Source: an uncultured Gemmatimonadaceae bacterium
GTDB lineage: Bacteria; Gemmatimonadota; Gemmatimonadetes; Gemmatimonadales; Gemmatimonadaceae
Assembly (NCBI GenBank): GCA_963740355.1
Contig: CAVUDW010000003.1
Coordinates: forward strand, 96,001 to 160,000
Reading direction: 5' to 3'
DNA: 64,000 nt
Shown: positions 28,452-37,993 of the stretch, piece by piece
How positions within the stretch are numbered: the first letter of the stretch is position 1
Layout: each line of letters opens with the position of its first letter
Translations under genes and position numbers: made by a program
The notes under the pieces: model-generated
What the model saw: the letters and a program-made list of their open reading frames with translations, nothing else
What the model was told of the DNA's origin: nothing
Databases searched by the model: none

Positions 28452-29062
28452 ACGTTGAGCAGCTGGAACCGGCAGGTGGCCCCACCCTGCGCGATACACT
28501 CGACTTCAACCACGCGAACATTCGCCGCGACCAGCTCGGCGATCAATCGCTCGAAGGTGCCCGCGTAGAAGTCGCACATCGGTTGCTCCTCACGCAGGTC
28601 GCGACACATGGCGCAGTGGTCGAAGACGAGTTCAGGTGCGGTACGACCAGCCACGACATGGAACTGCCCACTGCCCGCAAATGTCCAGGCATTCGCGGAC
28701 ATGGCCTTCAGCAGAATCTTCAACCCGATCCGTCGGGGCGCCAGCCGGATCAGCAGTTGCGCGAACTGCGGAATACGATTGGCCAGCAGGTAGGTCGCCG
28801 TTCGCTGGCCTGCCTCGCGAAGCACCGGCGTGGCATGACTGGCCCCGACACGGCGCACCAGCGCATGGACCATGGCCTGCGTCTCCCGCTCATCGACCAT
28901 CGCCGTTGGCATGTGGTCCAGCGTGTACGGCGTCGCGTCGCGCAGCACAGCCTCGGCAAACGCGGGACTGAGCCGATCACGCAGCACGCCGACCAGCTGA
29001 ATGATCGCGTTGGGCCCGATCCGAGGAATGTCGTGATCGTCAGGAACTGCCAGGCTGCTCAT
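28448..29062 (-). CDS. bchJ: BchJ (V4R-domain bacteriochlorophyll synthesis protein)
   Basis: RIGPNAIIQL, YLLANRIP, NAWTFAGSG, CDFYAGTFERL and C..C V4R motif. Confidence 0.9.
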   Translation of the reverse strand: MSSLAVPDDHDIPRIGPNAIIQLVGVLRDRLSPAFAEAVLRDATPYTLDHMPTAMVDERETQAMVHALVRRVGASHATPVLREAGQRTATYLLANRIPQFAQLLIRLAPRRIGLKILLKAMSANAWTFAGSGQFHVVAGRTAPELVFDHCAMCRDLREEQPMCDFYAGTFERLIAELVAANVRVVEVECIAQGGATCRFQLLNV

Positions 29063-29069
29063 ACCGACC

Positions 29070-30437
29070 TCATACCGCGCGTGAGAAGCGGCGAGGCGCG
29101 TCCGAGCCGAAGCGGTAGGCGTCCAGCGTTGCGCAGAGATTGCGCAGGAAGAAGCGTCCCAGTGGCGTGACCTGCACTCGGTCGGTGTCGAACTCCACCA
29201 GCCCATCTGCAGCGTATGCCTCGAAACGATCCACGAGTTCGTACATGTCGCCGAGGAACAGGTCGTATGGCAGCTCGGCGTTGCACATCAGGTGCGTGAT
29301 GGCAGCGGCGCGATCGTCATCGTCCGGCGAGCGAACATGTCCCTTGGCGATCGAGAGCACGCCGGTGTCCAGGTCCCGTTGCCAGCTCCCCAGCTCCGGC
29401 GTGTTCTGCACGTACCAGCCATTGACCTCGGAGATGGCGCTGGTGCCGATGCCAAGCAGGTTTTCGCCGACGCGAGTCGTGTACCCCATGAAGTTGCGGT
29501 GCAGACGACCGGCGTGTGCCGCCAGCGAGAGCGGATCGTCGGGCAACGCGAAGTGATCGATGCCGAGCCACTCGTACCCTGCATCGACGAAGGACTCCAC
29601 CGCGTCACGAAAGAGTTCGAATCGCTCCGTGTTCCGGGGCAACGTGGTCTCGTCGATGCGCTTCTGGTGCGCGCGCATCCATGGGACGTGTGCATATCCG
29701 AAACAGGCCACACGATCCGGCGAGAGCGCCAGCGACTCTTCAACCGTGCGGCCAAAGCTCTCCGACGTTTGCTCCGGGAGGCCGTAGATCAGGTCGAGGT
29801 TGATGCCGCTGAAGCCGACTTCACGCGCCTGCGTCACGACCTGTCGAACCATCCACTCCGGCTGCACGCGTCCGATCGCACGCTGCACCAATGGATCGAG
29901 GTCCTGCACCCCGAAGCTGATGCGTGTGAACCCCAACTGCCGCAACTGCTCCAGCTGCGACTGGGTGACCAGCCTCGGATCCGCTTCGACAGAGCATTCG
30001 GTGCGTGCATCGATCGGGAAGGCATTGCGCAGCATGGCGGACAGCCGCCGCAGTTGCGCATCGTCGAGAAAGTTGGGCGTTCCCCCTCCCCAATGCATCT
30101 CGGCCACGCGTGGCGCGGTACCTACCGCGTCGGCCAGGATCTCGATCTCCTTCTCCAGCCGGTCCAGATAGCGGTCGACGACGGCGGTGCGAGTGGTCAC
30201 TGTCGCATTGCAGCCGCAGTACAGGCAGCGCGACGCGCAGAACGGCAGGTGCACGTAGAGGGCCAGGGGCTCGGTGCTGCCATTGAGCGTGCCGAGTTGC
30301 TGCCGCCAGGCATCGCGCGTGAACGCGCCTGTCCAATCCGGTACTGCCGGGTAGCTGGTGTACCGCGGGACGGATACATCGTAGCGCGTCAGGAGCGATG
30401 GCTCGACTCGCGGTACCGTCAATCGACTCGTCGCCAA
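29070..30437 (-). CDS. hemN: Oxygen-independent coproporphyrinogen III oxidase HemN (radical SAM)
   Basis: PRYTSYP, YVHLPFCASRCLYCGC, HWGGGTP, DLIYGLP and RNFMGY; start uncertain (30422, 30437 or 30470). Confidence 0.92.
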   Translation of the reverse strand: MATSRLTVPRVEPSLLTRYDVSVPRYTSYPAVPDWTGAFTRDAWRQQLGTLNGSTEPLALYVHLPFCASRCLYCGCNATVTTRTAVVDRYLDRLEKEIEILADAVGTAPRVAEMHWGGGTPNFLDDAQLRRLSAMLRNAFPIDARTECSVEADPRLVTQSQLEQLRQLGFTRISFGVQDLDPLVQRAIGRVQPEWMVRQVVTQAREVGFSGINLDLIYGLPEQTSESFGRTVEESLALSPDRVACFGYAHVPWMRAHQKRIDETTLPRNTERFELFRDAVESFVDAGYEWLGIDHFALPDDPLSLAAHAGRLHRNFMGYTTRVGENLLGIGTSAISEVNGWYVQNTPELGSWQRDLDTGVLSIAKGHVRSPDDDDRAAAITHLMCNAELPYDLFLGDMYELVDRFEAYAADGLVEFDTDRVQVTPLGRFFLRNLCATLDAYRFGSDAPRRFSRAV

Positions 30438-30459
30438 CCGTGGCCTGTCGGAAGGAAGT

Positions 30460-32067
30460 TCAGCACGCACGGATACTCTCCTCGTGATGCTCCTGTGGAC
30501 GTGGCGTCGCATGTCCCAGCACCGGGACGGAACCCGAGAAATCCACGTCTGCCGCCAGCTCCGGACGTGCCTCGGCGATGGTGTGCAGCTGTTCCTTCGT
30601 GAAGACCTTCGACTCGTCGAACCCGAAGTCCACCTCGGCGCCGGTGGCCGTGAAGTTGATGCGGCCGAGGTCGTAGAACTTCTTGTTGAACGTCGTCTTG
30701 GCGAAGGCGCGGAGGCAGCCCATCAGGTACTTCCGCTTGAACGCATCCCGCTGGAAGGGATAGGAGAAGAACGTCTTCTTCATGTAGAACCGTGCATAGT
30801 TGCGCAGTACGCCCTTCAGGACCTGATCCCGCGTCATGTTGTCCGGCTGGATGATCGGCGTGACGAAGTTGTACTTCGCGTAATCACGCACTTCGACACG
30901 GTCGCCCAGCTCCTGGAAGAGCTCTGCGAAGGGCCACGGCGTGTACATGTTCCAGTTCGCCATGTCCGGCTTCCAGTCCTGCGAGTACTTGTACGTCTCC
31001 TCGATCGTCTCAGGGGTTTCGTTCTCCAGCCCAATGATGAACTGCGCCTCGGCGACCATGCCGGCGGCCTGGATCATCTTGATCGCCTTCTTGTTCTGTT
31101 CGCAGGTGGTCTGCTTTCGGAACCGGTCGAGCTTGAGCTGGGCGGCGGCCTCCGTCCCGAGCGAGATGTGCACCAGGCCCGCCTTGCGATAGAACGGCAG
31201 CTCGGCTTCATCGCGGAGGATGTCCGTGACGCGGGTATTGATGCCCCACTTCACGCCCAGGTCACGATCGATGAGCTCCTGGCAGAGCGCCATGAACTTT
31301 TTCTTGTTGATCGTCGGCTCCTCATCGGCGAGGATGAAGAAGCCCACGTTGAATTGCTTGACGAGGATTTCGATCTCGTCAACGAACTTCTTCGGGTCAC
31401 GCGTCCGGTACTTGCGCCAGAACTTCCACTGCGAGCAGAAGCGGCAGGTGAAGGGGCAGCCACGCGCAAAGTTCGGCACGGCCACACGGCAGTTGAGCGG
31501 GATGTAGATGTACTTGTCCCACTCCAGCAGCGACCAGTCGGGCGTCAGTGCATCGAGGTCGGCGATCGGTGGACGCGCCGTGGTCGCGACGACATTGCCA
31601 TTCTCGAGGAAGGCGATGCCGCGGATGTTGTGCTTGTTGGTCCGGTCGGTCCCATCGCGCATGGCAGATAGGAGCTCGACGGCGATCTCCTCCCCTTCTC
31701 CGCGAACGATGTACTCGATCCAGGGTGCCTCGCTGAAGACCTGCTGATACATGAACGTCGGGTGGATCCCACCGAGGACCGTCCGCACATCGGGATTCAC
31801 CTCACGGGCAATCTGCAGTGTTCGCTGCGCCTGATAGATCATCGGCGTGATTGCCGTGGCCAGCACCGCGTCCGGCTTCAACTCGATGAGTCGACGGCGA
31901 AGCGATTCGTCGTCGATGTGATTCGTCATCGCGTCGACGAACGTGATGTCCGTGAACCCGGCCGACTTGAGCGCGCCGCCGATGTACGCCACCCAGCCCG
32001 GCGGCCAGTTTCCGGCGATCTCTGCGCCGCCGGCGTGATAGTTGGGCTGGATGAAGACGAGACGCAT
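30460..32067 (-). CDS. bchE: Anaerobic Mg-protoporphyrin IX monomethyl ester cyclase BchE (B12-binding radical SAM)
   Basis: [46 protein letters not shown] and [15 protein letters not shown]. Confidence 0.95.
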   Translation of the reverse strand: MRLVFIQPNYHAGGAEIAGNWPPGWVAYIGGALKSAGFTDITFVDAMTNHIDDESLRRRLIELKPDAVLATAITPMIYQAQRTLQIAREVNPDVRTVLGGIHPTFMYQQVFSEAPWIEYIVRGEGEEIAVELLSAMRDGTDRTNKHNIRGIAFLENGNVVATTARPPIADLDALTPDWSLLEWDKYIYIPLNCRVAVPNFARGCPFTCRFCSQWKFWRKYRTRDPKKFVDEIEILVKQFNVGFFILADEEPTINKKKFMALCQELIDRDLGVKWGINTRVTDILRDEAELPFYRKAGLVHISLGTEAAAQLKLDRFRKQTTCEQNKKAIKMIQAAGMVAEAQFIIGLENETPETIEETYKYSQDWKPDMANWNMYTPWPFAELFQELGDRVEVRDYAKYNFVTPIIQPDNMTRDQVLKGVLRNYARFYMKKTFFSYPFQRDAFKRKYLMGCLRAFAKTTFNKKFYDLGRINFTATGAEVDFGFDESKVFTKEQLHTIAEARPELAADVDFSGSVPVLGHATPRPQEHHEESIRAC

Positions 32068-32172
32068 GGAATCTCCTGGTGAGGGTGTGCTGGACTGACC
32101 AGTGCACATTGCCCTCACATGCCGCGCTCGACTATCGGGGAAAAACGCTCTCCGTTGTCAGGAATCGCAGGA

Positions 32173-32700
32173 CTAGCGGCGCGGCGTTTCTCGGTTCTCT
32201 TCCCGGCGGTCGCGATCGTCGCGCGGCCCCTCGGTGTGCGCGCGGCCACCCGTGCGCCAGTTCGAGACTGACGGCGCGTCCGCCTCGAGGGAGCGGAGGT
32301 AGCGCACCAGTCGGTCGATTTCCTGCGGCGTGAATGGTCCGCCGAGGTCGACGTGATAGGCGCTCATCATGGTGCCGGGGATTCCACCGGCCACCAGCCA
32401 GTAGAGCTGTTGATCGCTGGTGGTGTTGAGGAATTCGCGCGAGCCGAGTGTGGGTGCGACACCACCCCCGCTCGCATTGGGACCGTGACAGGCGGCACAG
32501 TGCCGGCTGAAGGCTTCGCTGCCAAGCGCGATGGATTCCTTTTCCGCCGACTCGCGCGCCGCCTGCCGCCGCGCGGGCTCACCGATGCGATAGAGCGGGA
32601 ATGCGACGATCAGGAGCGCCATGCAGCAGAGCCCGACGATGTAGTGGCGGTCGAGGCTCCGTTCCAGCGCTGGTGAGTCGAGTGGACGCGGCGTAGGCAT
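32173..32700 (-). CDS. Membrane-anchored monoheme c-type cytochrome
   Basis: N-terminal TM helix, CAACH and GIPGTMM distal Met. Confidence 0.85.
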   Translation of the reverse strand: MPTPRPLDSPALERSLDRHYIVGLCCMALLIVAFPLYRIGEPARRQAARESAEKESIALGSEAFSRHCAACHGPNASGGGVAPTLGSREFLNTTSDQQLYWLVAGGIPGTMMSAYHVDLGGPFTPQEIDRLVRYLRSLEADAPSVSNWRTGGRAHTEGPRDDRDRREENRETPRR

Positions 32701-32701
32701 G

Positions 32702-33202
32702 TCAGCCGACGACGTCGTTGCTGCAGACACCACCGCGGCCGGGCGTGTCGAAGCGGCGGGCACCGATGGCCGGCCCTTCCACTGGCTCAGCGAGGTTCAC
32801 CACCACCTTCCCGTTTTCGATGGTGATCGGATACCGATCCATGCCACGCGGTGCCGGACCAGAGATATGCTCGCCCGCCATGTTGTAGATCGACCCATGG
32901 CAGGGACACTCGAACCGGCCGCTCCCTTCACAGAACGGGACGCGACATCCGAGATGTGGACACTTCTGCGAAATGGCGAAGAGCTCACCCTTGGCGCGTG
33001 TGACGTAGAGGTGGCCCTCGCGCACGAAGGTCGCGCTGCCTTCCGGATAGGCGTCTTCCGGGCGCAGCAGCAGCTTGCCCGTGCCATCGAGGCTGGCGAG
33101 CGGCGCGAGGGCCTCGTAACTCGTCCATGCTGCGGCAGTGGCCAGAAGCCCGGTCCCCATCATCCAGGCACTCTTGAGGGTCTCGCGTCGCGTTGGACTC
33201 AT
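32702..33202 (-). CDS. Rieske 2Fe-2S subunit of a Rieske/cytochrome b complex
   Basis: Tat-like TRRETLK plus TM helix; CPHLGC and CPCHGS boxes; GPAPRGMDRY. Confidence 0.92.
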   Translation of the reverse strand: MSPTRRETLKSAWMMGTGLLATAAAWTSYEALAPLASLDGTGKLLLRPEDAYPEGSATFVREGHLYVTRAKGELFAISQKCPHLGCRVPFCEGSGRFECPCHGSIYNMAGEHISGPAPRGMDRYPITIENGKVVVNLAEPVEGPAIGARRFDTPGRGGVCSNDVVG

Positions 33203-33205
33203 CTG

Positions 33206-34480
33206 TTATGGCTCGAAGTAGAGGTGCTGCCACGGCAGGACGAACGCCCATCCTGGACCGCGGAACAACGCACCGATGATCGTGAGGACGACAGCCGTCA
33301 CGCCAACCACCATGAAGATCGAAATGGCTACACGGCGATCGCCGGGCAGGTACGCTGGATCGCGGTCGACGTAGGGCAGCGCCGCGAGCAGGAAAAGCAA
33401 TGCCGCCGGCGCCAGCACACCTGCCACCAGCGGATCGAAGTGCGCCAGTAATTCCTGGATGCCGACGAAGTACCACGGCGCCTTGGCTGGCTCAGGCGTC
33501 AGGTTTGCATTCGCGTGCTCCCGCAGCGGCGCATCGAAGAACACGCCCATCGCCAGCACAAGTGCGACCGTTGCCAGCGCGACCACCTGGTGCCGGATCA
33601 GCAGGTGTGGCCACGTGAACACCTCGTACTCCGGTGCGCGCGCGTGCGCCGCCATCGACGGTGATTCCACTTCACCAAGCAGCCGCACCCGTGGCGGCTC
33701 GACGGCCGACTGCTGGTCCGGGCTGGCCTCGGGCTCCGCATCGCCGACGATCCCGGACGGGGCAAAGCCATCCTTGCGCACACGCCAGATGTGCACCGAG
33801 AGCACCACCGAAAAGACTGCCGTCAGCACGGCGATGTGCAGCACGTAGAAGCGGAGCAGCGCCGACTGTCCGATGGTGGCACCGCCGAGGAGGACGTCGC
33901 GCATCCAGCCGCCGATCACTGGGACGTAGTGCACCAGGTCCGATCCGACGGTCACTGCCCAATAGGCGAGCTGGTCCCACGGCAGGAGGTAGCCGGTGAA
34001 CGAATAGACGAGTGTGATCACCAGCAGCGCGACACCGATGACCCAGTTGAACTCGCGTGGCTTCTTGTAGGCGCCGTCCCAGAAGACACGCGCCATGTGG
34101 AGCACGACCACCAGCACCATCAGGTGCGCGCTCCAGCGATGCACATTGCGAATCAGCTGTCCGAAGCCGACCATCGTCTTCAACCGCTGCATATCGCCGT
34201 AGGCCATCGTGACGGCCGGCGTATAGAAGAACATCAGGTAGGTGCCGGTCACCAACAACACGCCGAACAGCACCGTCGCGATGAACCCCAGCCGGTACGT
34301 ACTGCGGAGGGCGAGGATCCGAACCGGCACACGGACCGGATAGACATGCAGGAACACGTTGCCGAAGGCGCGCTGCGCGCGGCCGCGCGGCGAGTCGATT
34401 GGCGGAGTGCGCACCACGGAGCGATACAGCGCCGTGGCCTGCGCGCGTTCACGCCACGATAGGCGCGGAGTGTCAGACAC
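33206..34480 (-). CDS. Cytochrome b (b6-like N-terminal part fused to a subunit-IV-like part)
   Basis: HRWSAH...H, NWVIG, TGYLLPWDQLAYWA, LLRFYVLH...H and KAPWYF in place of PEWY. Confidence 0.9.
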   Translation of the reverse strand: MSDTPRLSWRERAQATALYRSVVRTPPIDSPRGRAQRAFGNVFLHVYPVRVPVRILALRSTYRLGFIATVLFGVLLVTGTYLMFFYTPAVTMAYGDMQRLKTMVGFGQLIRNVHRWSAHLMVLVVVLHMARVFWDGAYKKPREFNWVIGVALLVITLVYSFTGYLLPWDQLAYWAVTVGSDLVHYVPVIGGWMRDVLLGGATIGQSALLRFYVLHIAVLTAVFSVVLSVHIWRVRKDGFAPSGIVGDAEPEASPDQQSAVEPPRVRLLGEVESPSMAAHARAPEYEVFTWPHLLIRHQVVALATVALVLAMGVFFDAPLREHANANLTPEPAKAPWYFVGIQELLAHFDPLVAGVLAPAALLFLLAALPYVDRDPAYLPGDRRVAISIFMVVGVTAVVLTIIGALFRGPGWAFVLPWQHLYFEP

Positions 34481-36230
34481 GGATGAGGTCCAGTGCGTGC
34501 GGAGGGCACCGATCGACACAGAGACCACACCGGATGCAGGCAGTCTCGTCGAGGGTCAGGGCAAAACGTCCAGCGTCCGCGGCAGCGACGTTGCCGTCGG
34601 CAACCTCGGCAAGCGAGATGCATCCATACGGGCAGACATCGACGCAGAGCGCGCAGGCAATGCAGCGCGGCGCATCGAGCACGATGTGCGTATCGCAGAG
34701 GAGGCACCGCGACGCCTCGCGCCGTGCGTCCTTGAGGGTCAGGACTTCTTCCACTTCCGAGTCCTGCGCCCGAGCGACGACGGGCAGCACCGGCAACTCG
34801 CGACGCGAAATGATGTCGTAGCCACTGTAGTAGCGTCGTTCGAGCGCGAGCGGCGTGATCGAAACCTGGCCAGTGGCCGCGGCAATCGGTTCGCCCGGCG
34901 CAGGTAACCAGGGCCCGGCGCACGACAGCTCCTGGCGAATGGTGTGCGCCGCCCGCTTGCCCGAGGCGATCGCATCGATCAAGTCACCGGGGCCGCTGCT
35001 CAAATCGCCGGCGGCGAAGATTCGCGGATGCGAGGTGCGCCCATCACGGCCCGCCACGACACCACCCCACCCGCCGCCCGAGAGACCAAGCTCGGCACTG
35101 AGGAACGACACATCCGACTGCTGCCCAACGGCGAGGATGACCGTGCCGACCTCGAAGGTTTCATCTCGACCCTCCTGCAGCGTAGGGCGAAAGCGGCCCT
35201 GCTCGTCGTGCAGCGACGCCACCGGCGCCACGACGACCCGCAACCCGTCCCGCGCCGCTTCGATCCGCCGGACGCCACTCCCAGCGCGTACGACGACGCC
35301 TTCCAGCCGCGCCTCATGCAGCTCCTCGACGGGTACCGGCAGGGATTCGAGCGCCTCCGGCGCCACCAGTTGCACAGCAGCTCTGGCGAGCGGATTCGCC
35401 GACGCGTCACCGAACAGCACGGCCAGGCGCTGCGCCGATCGCGCGGCGTCGAACGCGACGCTTCCACCGCCCACGATCAACGCCGGCAGCACGATCGACG
35501 TCACTGTGTCTGCGTTGAACTCGCGCAGGAAATCCACCGCGCGAATGACACCGGGCAACTCGCCGCCAGGCACGGGCAACTGGCGTCCCCGCGCACATCC
35601 CACCGTGAGCAACACACGCTCGTGCGCCGCGAGCAGGTCATCGAAAGATTTGTCGACGCCGATCCGGCAGTGCGTCACCAACTCGATCCCGAGCGACAGC
35701 AGCGCGGCGATCTCCTGACGCACCAACGCGCGGGGTAACCGAAAAGCGGGGATTCCCGTCAGGAGCATGCCACCGGCCTCATCTCCACTTTCGTAGAGTG
35801 TCACCGCATGACCAGCCAGCCGCAGTTCCGACGCGGCGGCGAGGCCCGCCGGCCCAGCACCGACGATCCCGATCGAAGGACGCGACACCGGGGGAATCGG
35901 TCCATGCGCCAGATGCCATCGCGAGGCAGTACCAGCCTCGACGCCACCGTGCTCGCAAATCACACGTTTCAGCGCGCGAATGGCGATCGGCGCGTCGATC
36001 ACACCGCGACGGCACGCCTTTTCGCAGGGAGCCGAACACACATGTCCGCAGACGCTCGGAAATGGATTGTGCGCACGCGCCAGGTCATAGGCGTCCGTGA
36101 GGCGCCCGTCAGCCACCGCTTGCACGTATCCCGCTGCATCCGTCCCGACCGGGCACGCAACGCGACACGACACGTTGCCCGCGAACCATGCAGCATCCGG
36201 TACCTGCGCAGCCGTCGACAGGCGCATCAT
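34473..36230 (-). CDS. NAD(P)H-dependent flavin/Fe-S oxidoreductase (GltD/NfnB-like) with a C-terminal 2x[4Fe-4S] domain
   Basis: CRVACP...CGHVCSAPCEKAC, GAGPAG, GGGSVAFD, FAAGD, RCLLC, CIACALCVDVCP and CIRCGLCVDRCP. Confidence 0.88.
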   Translation of the reverse strand: MMRLSTAAQVPDAAWFAGNVSCRVACPVGTDAAGYVQAVADGRLTDAYDLARAHNPFPSVCGHVCSAPCEKACRRGVIDAPIAIRALKRVICEHGGVEAGTASRWHLAHGPIPPVSRPSIGIVGAGPAGLAAASELRLAGHAVTLYESGDEAGGMLLTGIPAFRLPRALVRQEIAALLSLGIELVTHCRIGVDKSFDDLLAAHERVLLTVGCARGRQLPVPGGELPGVIRAVDFLREFNADTVTSIVLPALIVGGGSVAFDAARSAQRLAVLFGDASANPLARAAVQLVAPEALESLPVPVEELHEARLEGVVVRAGSGVRRIEAARDGLRVVVAPVASLHDEQGRFRPTLQEGRDETFEVGTVILAVGQQSDVSFLSAELGLSGGGWGGVVAGRDGRTSHPRIFAAGDLSSGPGDLIDAIASGKRAAHTIRQELSCAGPWLPAPGEPIAAATGQVSITPLALERRYYSGYDIISRRELPVLPVVARAQDSEVEEVLTLKDARREASRCLLCDTHIVLDAPRCIACALCVDVCPYGCISLAEVADGNVAAADAGRFALTLDETACIRCGLCVDRCPPHALDLIRV

Positions 36231-36559
36231 CGATCGGGGCGCATCGCAGAGGGCGCCGGCGTCGCAGGGGCGCGACCGAGGCGCGACGCAACCGCCAGCA
36301 GCCCGATCGACATCACCGCAATCCAGCTGGTAGCGATTCCGACGCGCACTGATCGGCTGACGGCCGGAATACGGGTCAGAATCCAGTGCGGGACAAGCAG
36401 CAGGAGCAGTGTCAGCAGCAGGCCAACCGCCAGGCCGATCGCAATCGCCGTGATCCAGCGACGCTGAGGGACAGGCAATTCGATGTGCGCCGAATTCCCA
36501 CCGTTCCGGGCAGGCTCAGCCACACGTCTCGCGTCTTCTGACGTCACATGATCGCTCAT
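36227..36559 (-). CDS. Small two-TM membrane protein, first gene of the Rieske/cyt b operon
   Basis: Two hydrophobic helices; ATGA overlap with the oxidoreductase. Confidence 0.6.
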   Translation of the reverse strand: MSDHVTSEDARRVAEPARNGGNSAHIELPVPQRRWITAIAIGLAVGLLLTLLLLLVPHWILTRIPAVSRSVRVGIATSWIAVMSIGLLAVASRLGRAPATPAPSAMRPDR

Positions 36560-36655
36560 GTGACACAGGATGCACGTCCGTGTATCGAGCGTCCGTCAGG
36601 GATTACACGGAAAAGACGTCAGGCCTCGCCCGACAACAGGCGCGCTCAGCGGCAA

Positions 36656-37702
36656 CTACCGGACGGCAACTCCCTCAGAGGCCTGCTTTTCCCGACTCAG
36701 GTCGGTCCGCAACTGGTCGCGCAGGCCATTCACGGCGCGCCCGCGAATGTTGAGGATGCCTCCGCGCGGGAGATTGTCGAATCGGAATCGCCGCTCCACC
36801 ACCACGTACGTCGACCCGGACGCGCCATCGCCGTCGCGATCGATCACACTCATGACCTCGAGTGCGGCCTCGAAGTAGTGGTTCGCGTAGATCTGCTTCG
36901 ACGTGACCACGGTCGTGCCGCTGAGTTCAGGCGGCGTGTACACGACCGCATGTGTCACGCTGAGGATGGGCCGCAACCGGGCCACCGCGTCCTCCGACCA
37001 GTACAGCACGTCGGATACACCACCGGGTCGTCCCCGGGGGAAGGTCTTGAGATATGATGCGATCGCAGGCGCAGCCTGATTGAGAAAGCTCGACTGTGCC
37101 AGGACTGCGACGAAAGCATCGCTGGCCCGAATGCTGGGGCGATCGTCATAGATCGGCATGGATGCATTGCCGTGATCGCGGTACTCCTCGACATACGTCA
37201 CCAGTCGCTGGCGGGCGATCGCGGTGATCCGCGCCTGCAGATCGTTCGCTGACCAATCGACCTCATCTTGCAGCTTCTGCATCGCCGTCGCGGGCAACTT
37301 CGTTGTGCAGTCTCCGGGCCGACACTTCCGCAGGTCGTTGGCGTCCTGCTTCGTGACCACCACCCCGTCCACATCGCGCAGCACGGCGGGATCACTGAAG
37401 ATCCCGAATCGCGTGCGTGTTGGCGTCCGAAGCCAGCTGCGGAAGTCCTGCACGCGTCGCAGGAAGACGTCACGCGAGACGTTCATGCGCACGATGCCGA
37501 ACACCGCCACGTCGCGCTGGTCCTGCGTCGGAACGACGCGCACCAGGACCTCTCCACGCTCGACGGTGGTGGCTTCAGCTGAATCGAGTCGGATCCCATG
37601 GCGTTGCAACGCAGCGACGGCAGACGGGACCTGCGCCCGCAGCGGAACGACCAGCGCTACGCCCACACACCAGAACAGCCCCAAGCGTCGTGCGCGTTTC
37701 AT
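36656..37702 (-). CDS. Hypothetical exported protein
   Basis: Signal peptide MKRARRLGLFWCVGVALVVPLRAQ; long ORF with conserved-looking YWS and SKQIYANHYF segments. Confidence 0.7.
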   Translation of the reverse strand: MKRARRLGLFWCVGVALVVPLRAQVPSAVAALQRHGIRLDSAEATTVERGEVLVRVVPTQDQRDVAVFGIVRMNVSRDVFLRRVQDFRSWLRTPTRTRFGIFSDPAVLRDVDGVVVTKQDANDLRKCRPGDCTTKLPATAMQKLQDEVDWSANDLQARITAIARQRLVTYVEEYRDHGNASMPIYDDRPSIRASDAFVAVLAQSSFLNQAAPAIASYLKTFPRGRPGGVSDVLYWSEDAVARLRPILSVTHAVVYTPPELSGTTVVTSKQIYANHYFEAALEVMSVIDRDGDGASGSTYVVVERRFRFDNLPRGGILNIRGRAVNGLRDQLRTDLSREKQASEGVAVR

Positions 37703-37930
37703 CAATGTCATGAGCGAGGTAAGCACAAACCGTTGAAGTCGTCGAAGTGACCGCTTTCAGCACGTAGCAATCTGGGCAGGTGCGCAGCCGCGCGCCAATC
37801 CTGTTACGCGGCACCCTTCGTGCAAACACGACAATTGTGCGGTGGAGTTCGGTGCACTCGTCCCCATTCGGTATATAGCGGTGTACCACTCCGTGCAGCA
37901 CACGCGCCCGCGTGCTGCGCGACGCAGTCG

Positions 37931-37958
37931 GCCCTGTGCTCACCAGCCCTGTGCTCAC
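37931..37958. repeat. 13-bp direct repeat GCCCTGTGCTCAC x2 (period 15)
   Basis: Copies at 37931-37943 and 37946-37958, upstream of the small membrane gene and cgs. Confidence 0.7.
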
Positions 37959-37993
37959 GCGCTGCGTCCACGAACCTTTCAAGAATACGTCAC

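Noticed and set aside
32068..32172. Canonical FNR (TTGAT-N4-ATCAA) or PpsR (TGT-N12-ACA) boxes upstream of bchE
   Set aside because: I looked for both and found no convincing match
34473..36230. Calling the flavoprotein gltD (glutamate synthase small subunit)
   Set aside because: No gltB nearby, an extra ferredoxin domain, and overlap with the cytochrome b gene point to another role
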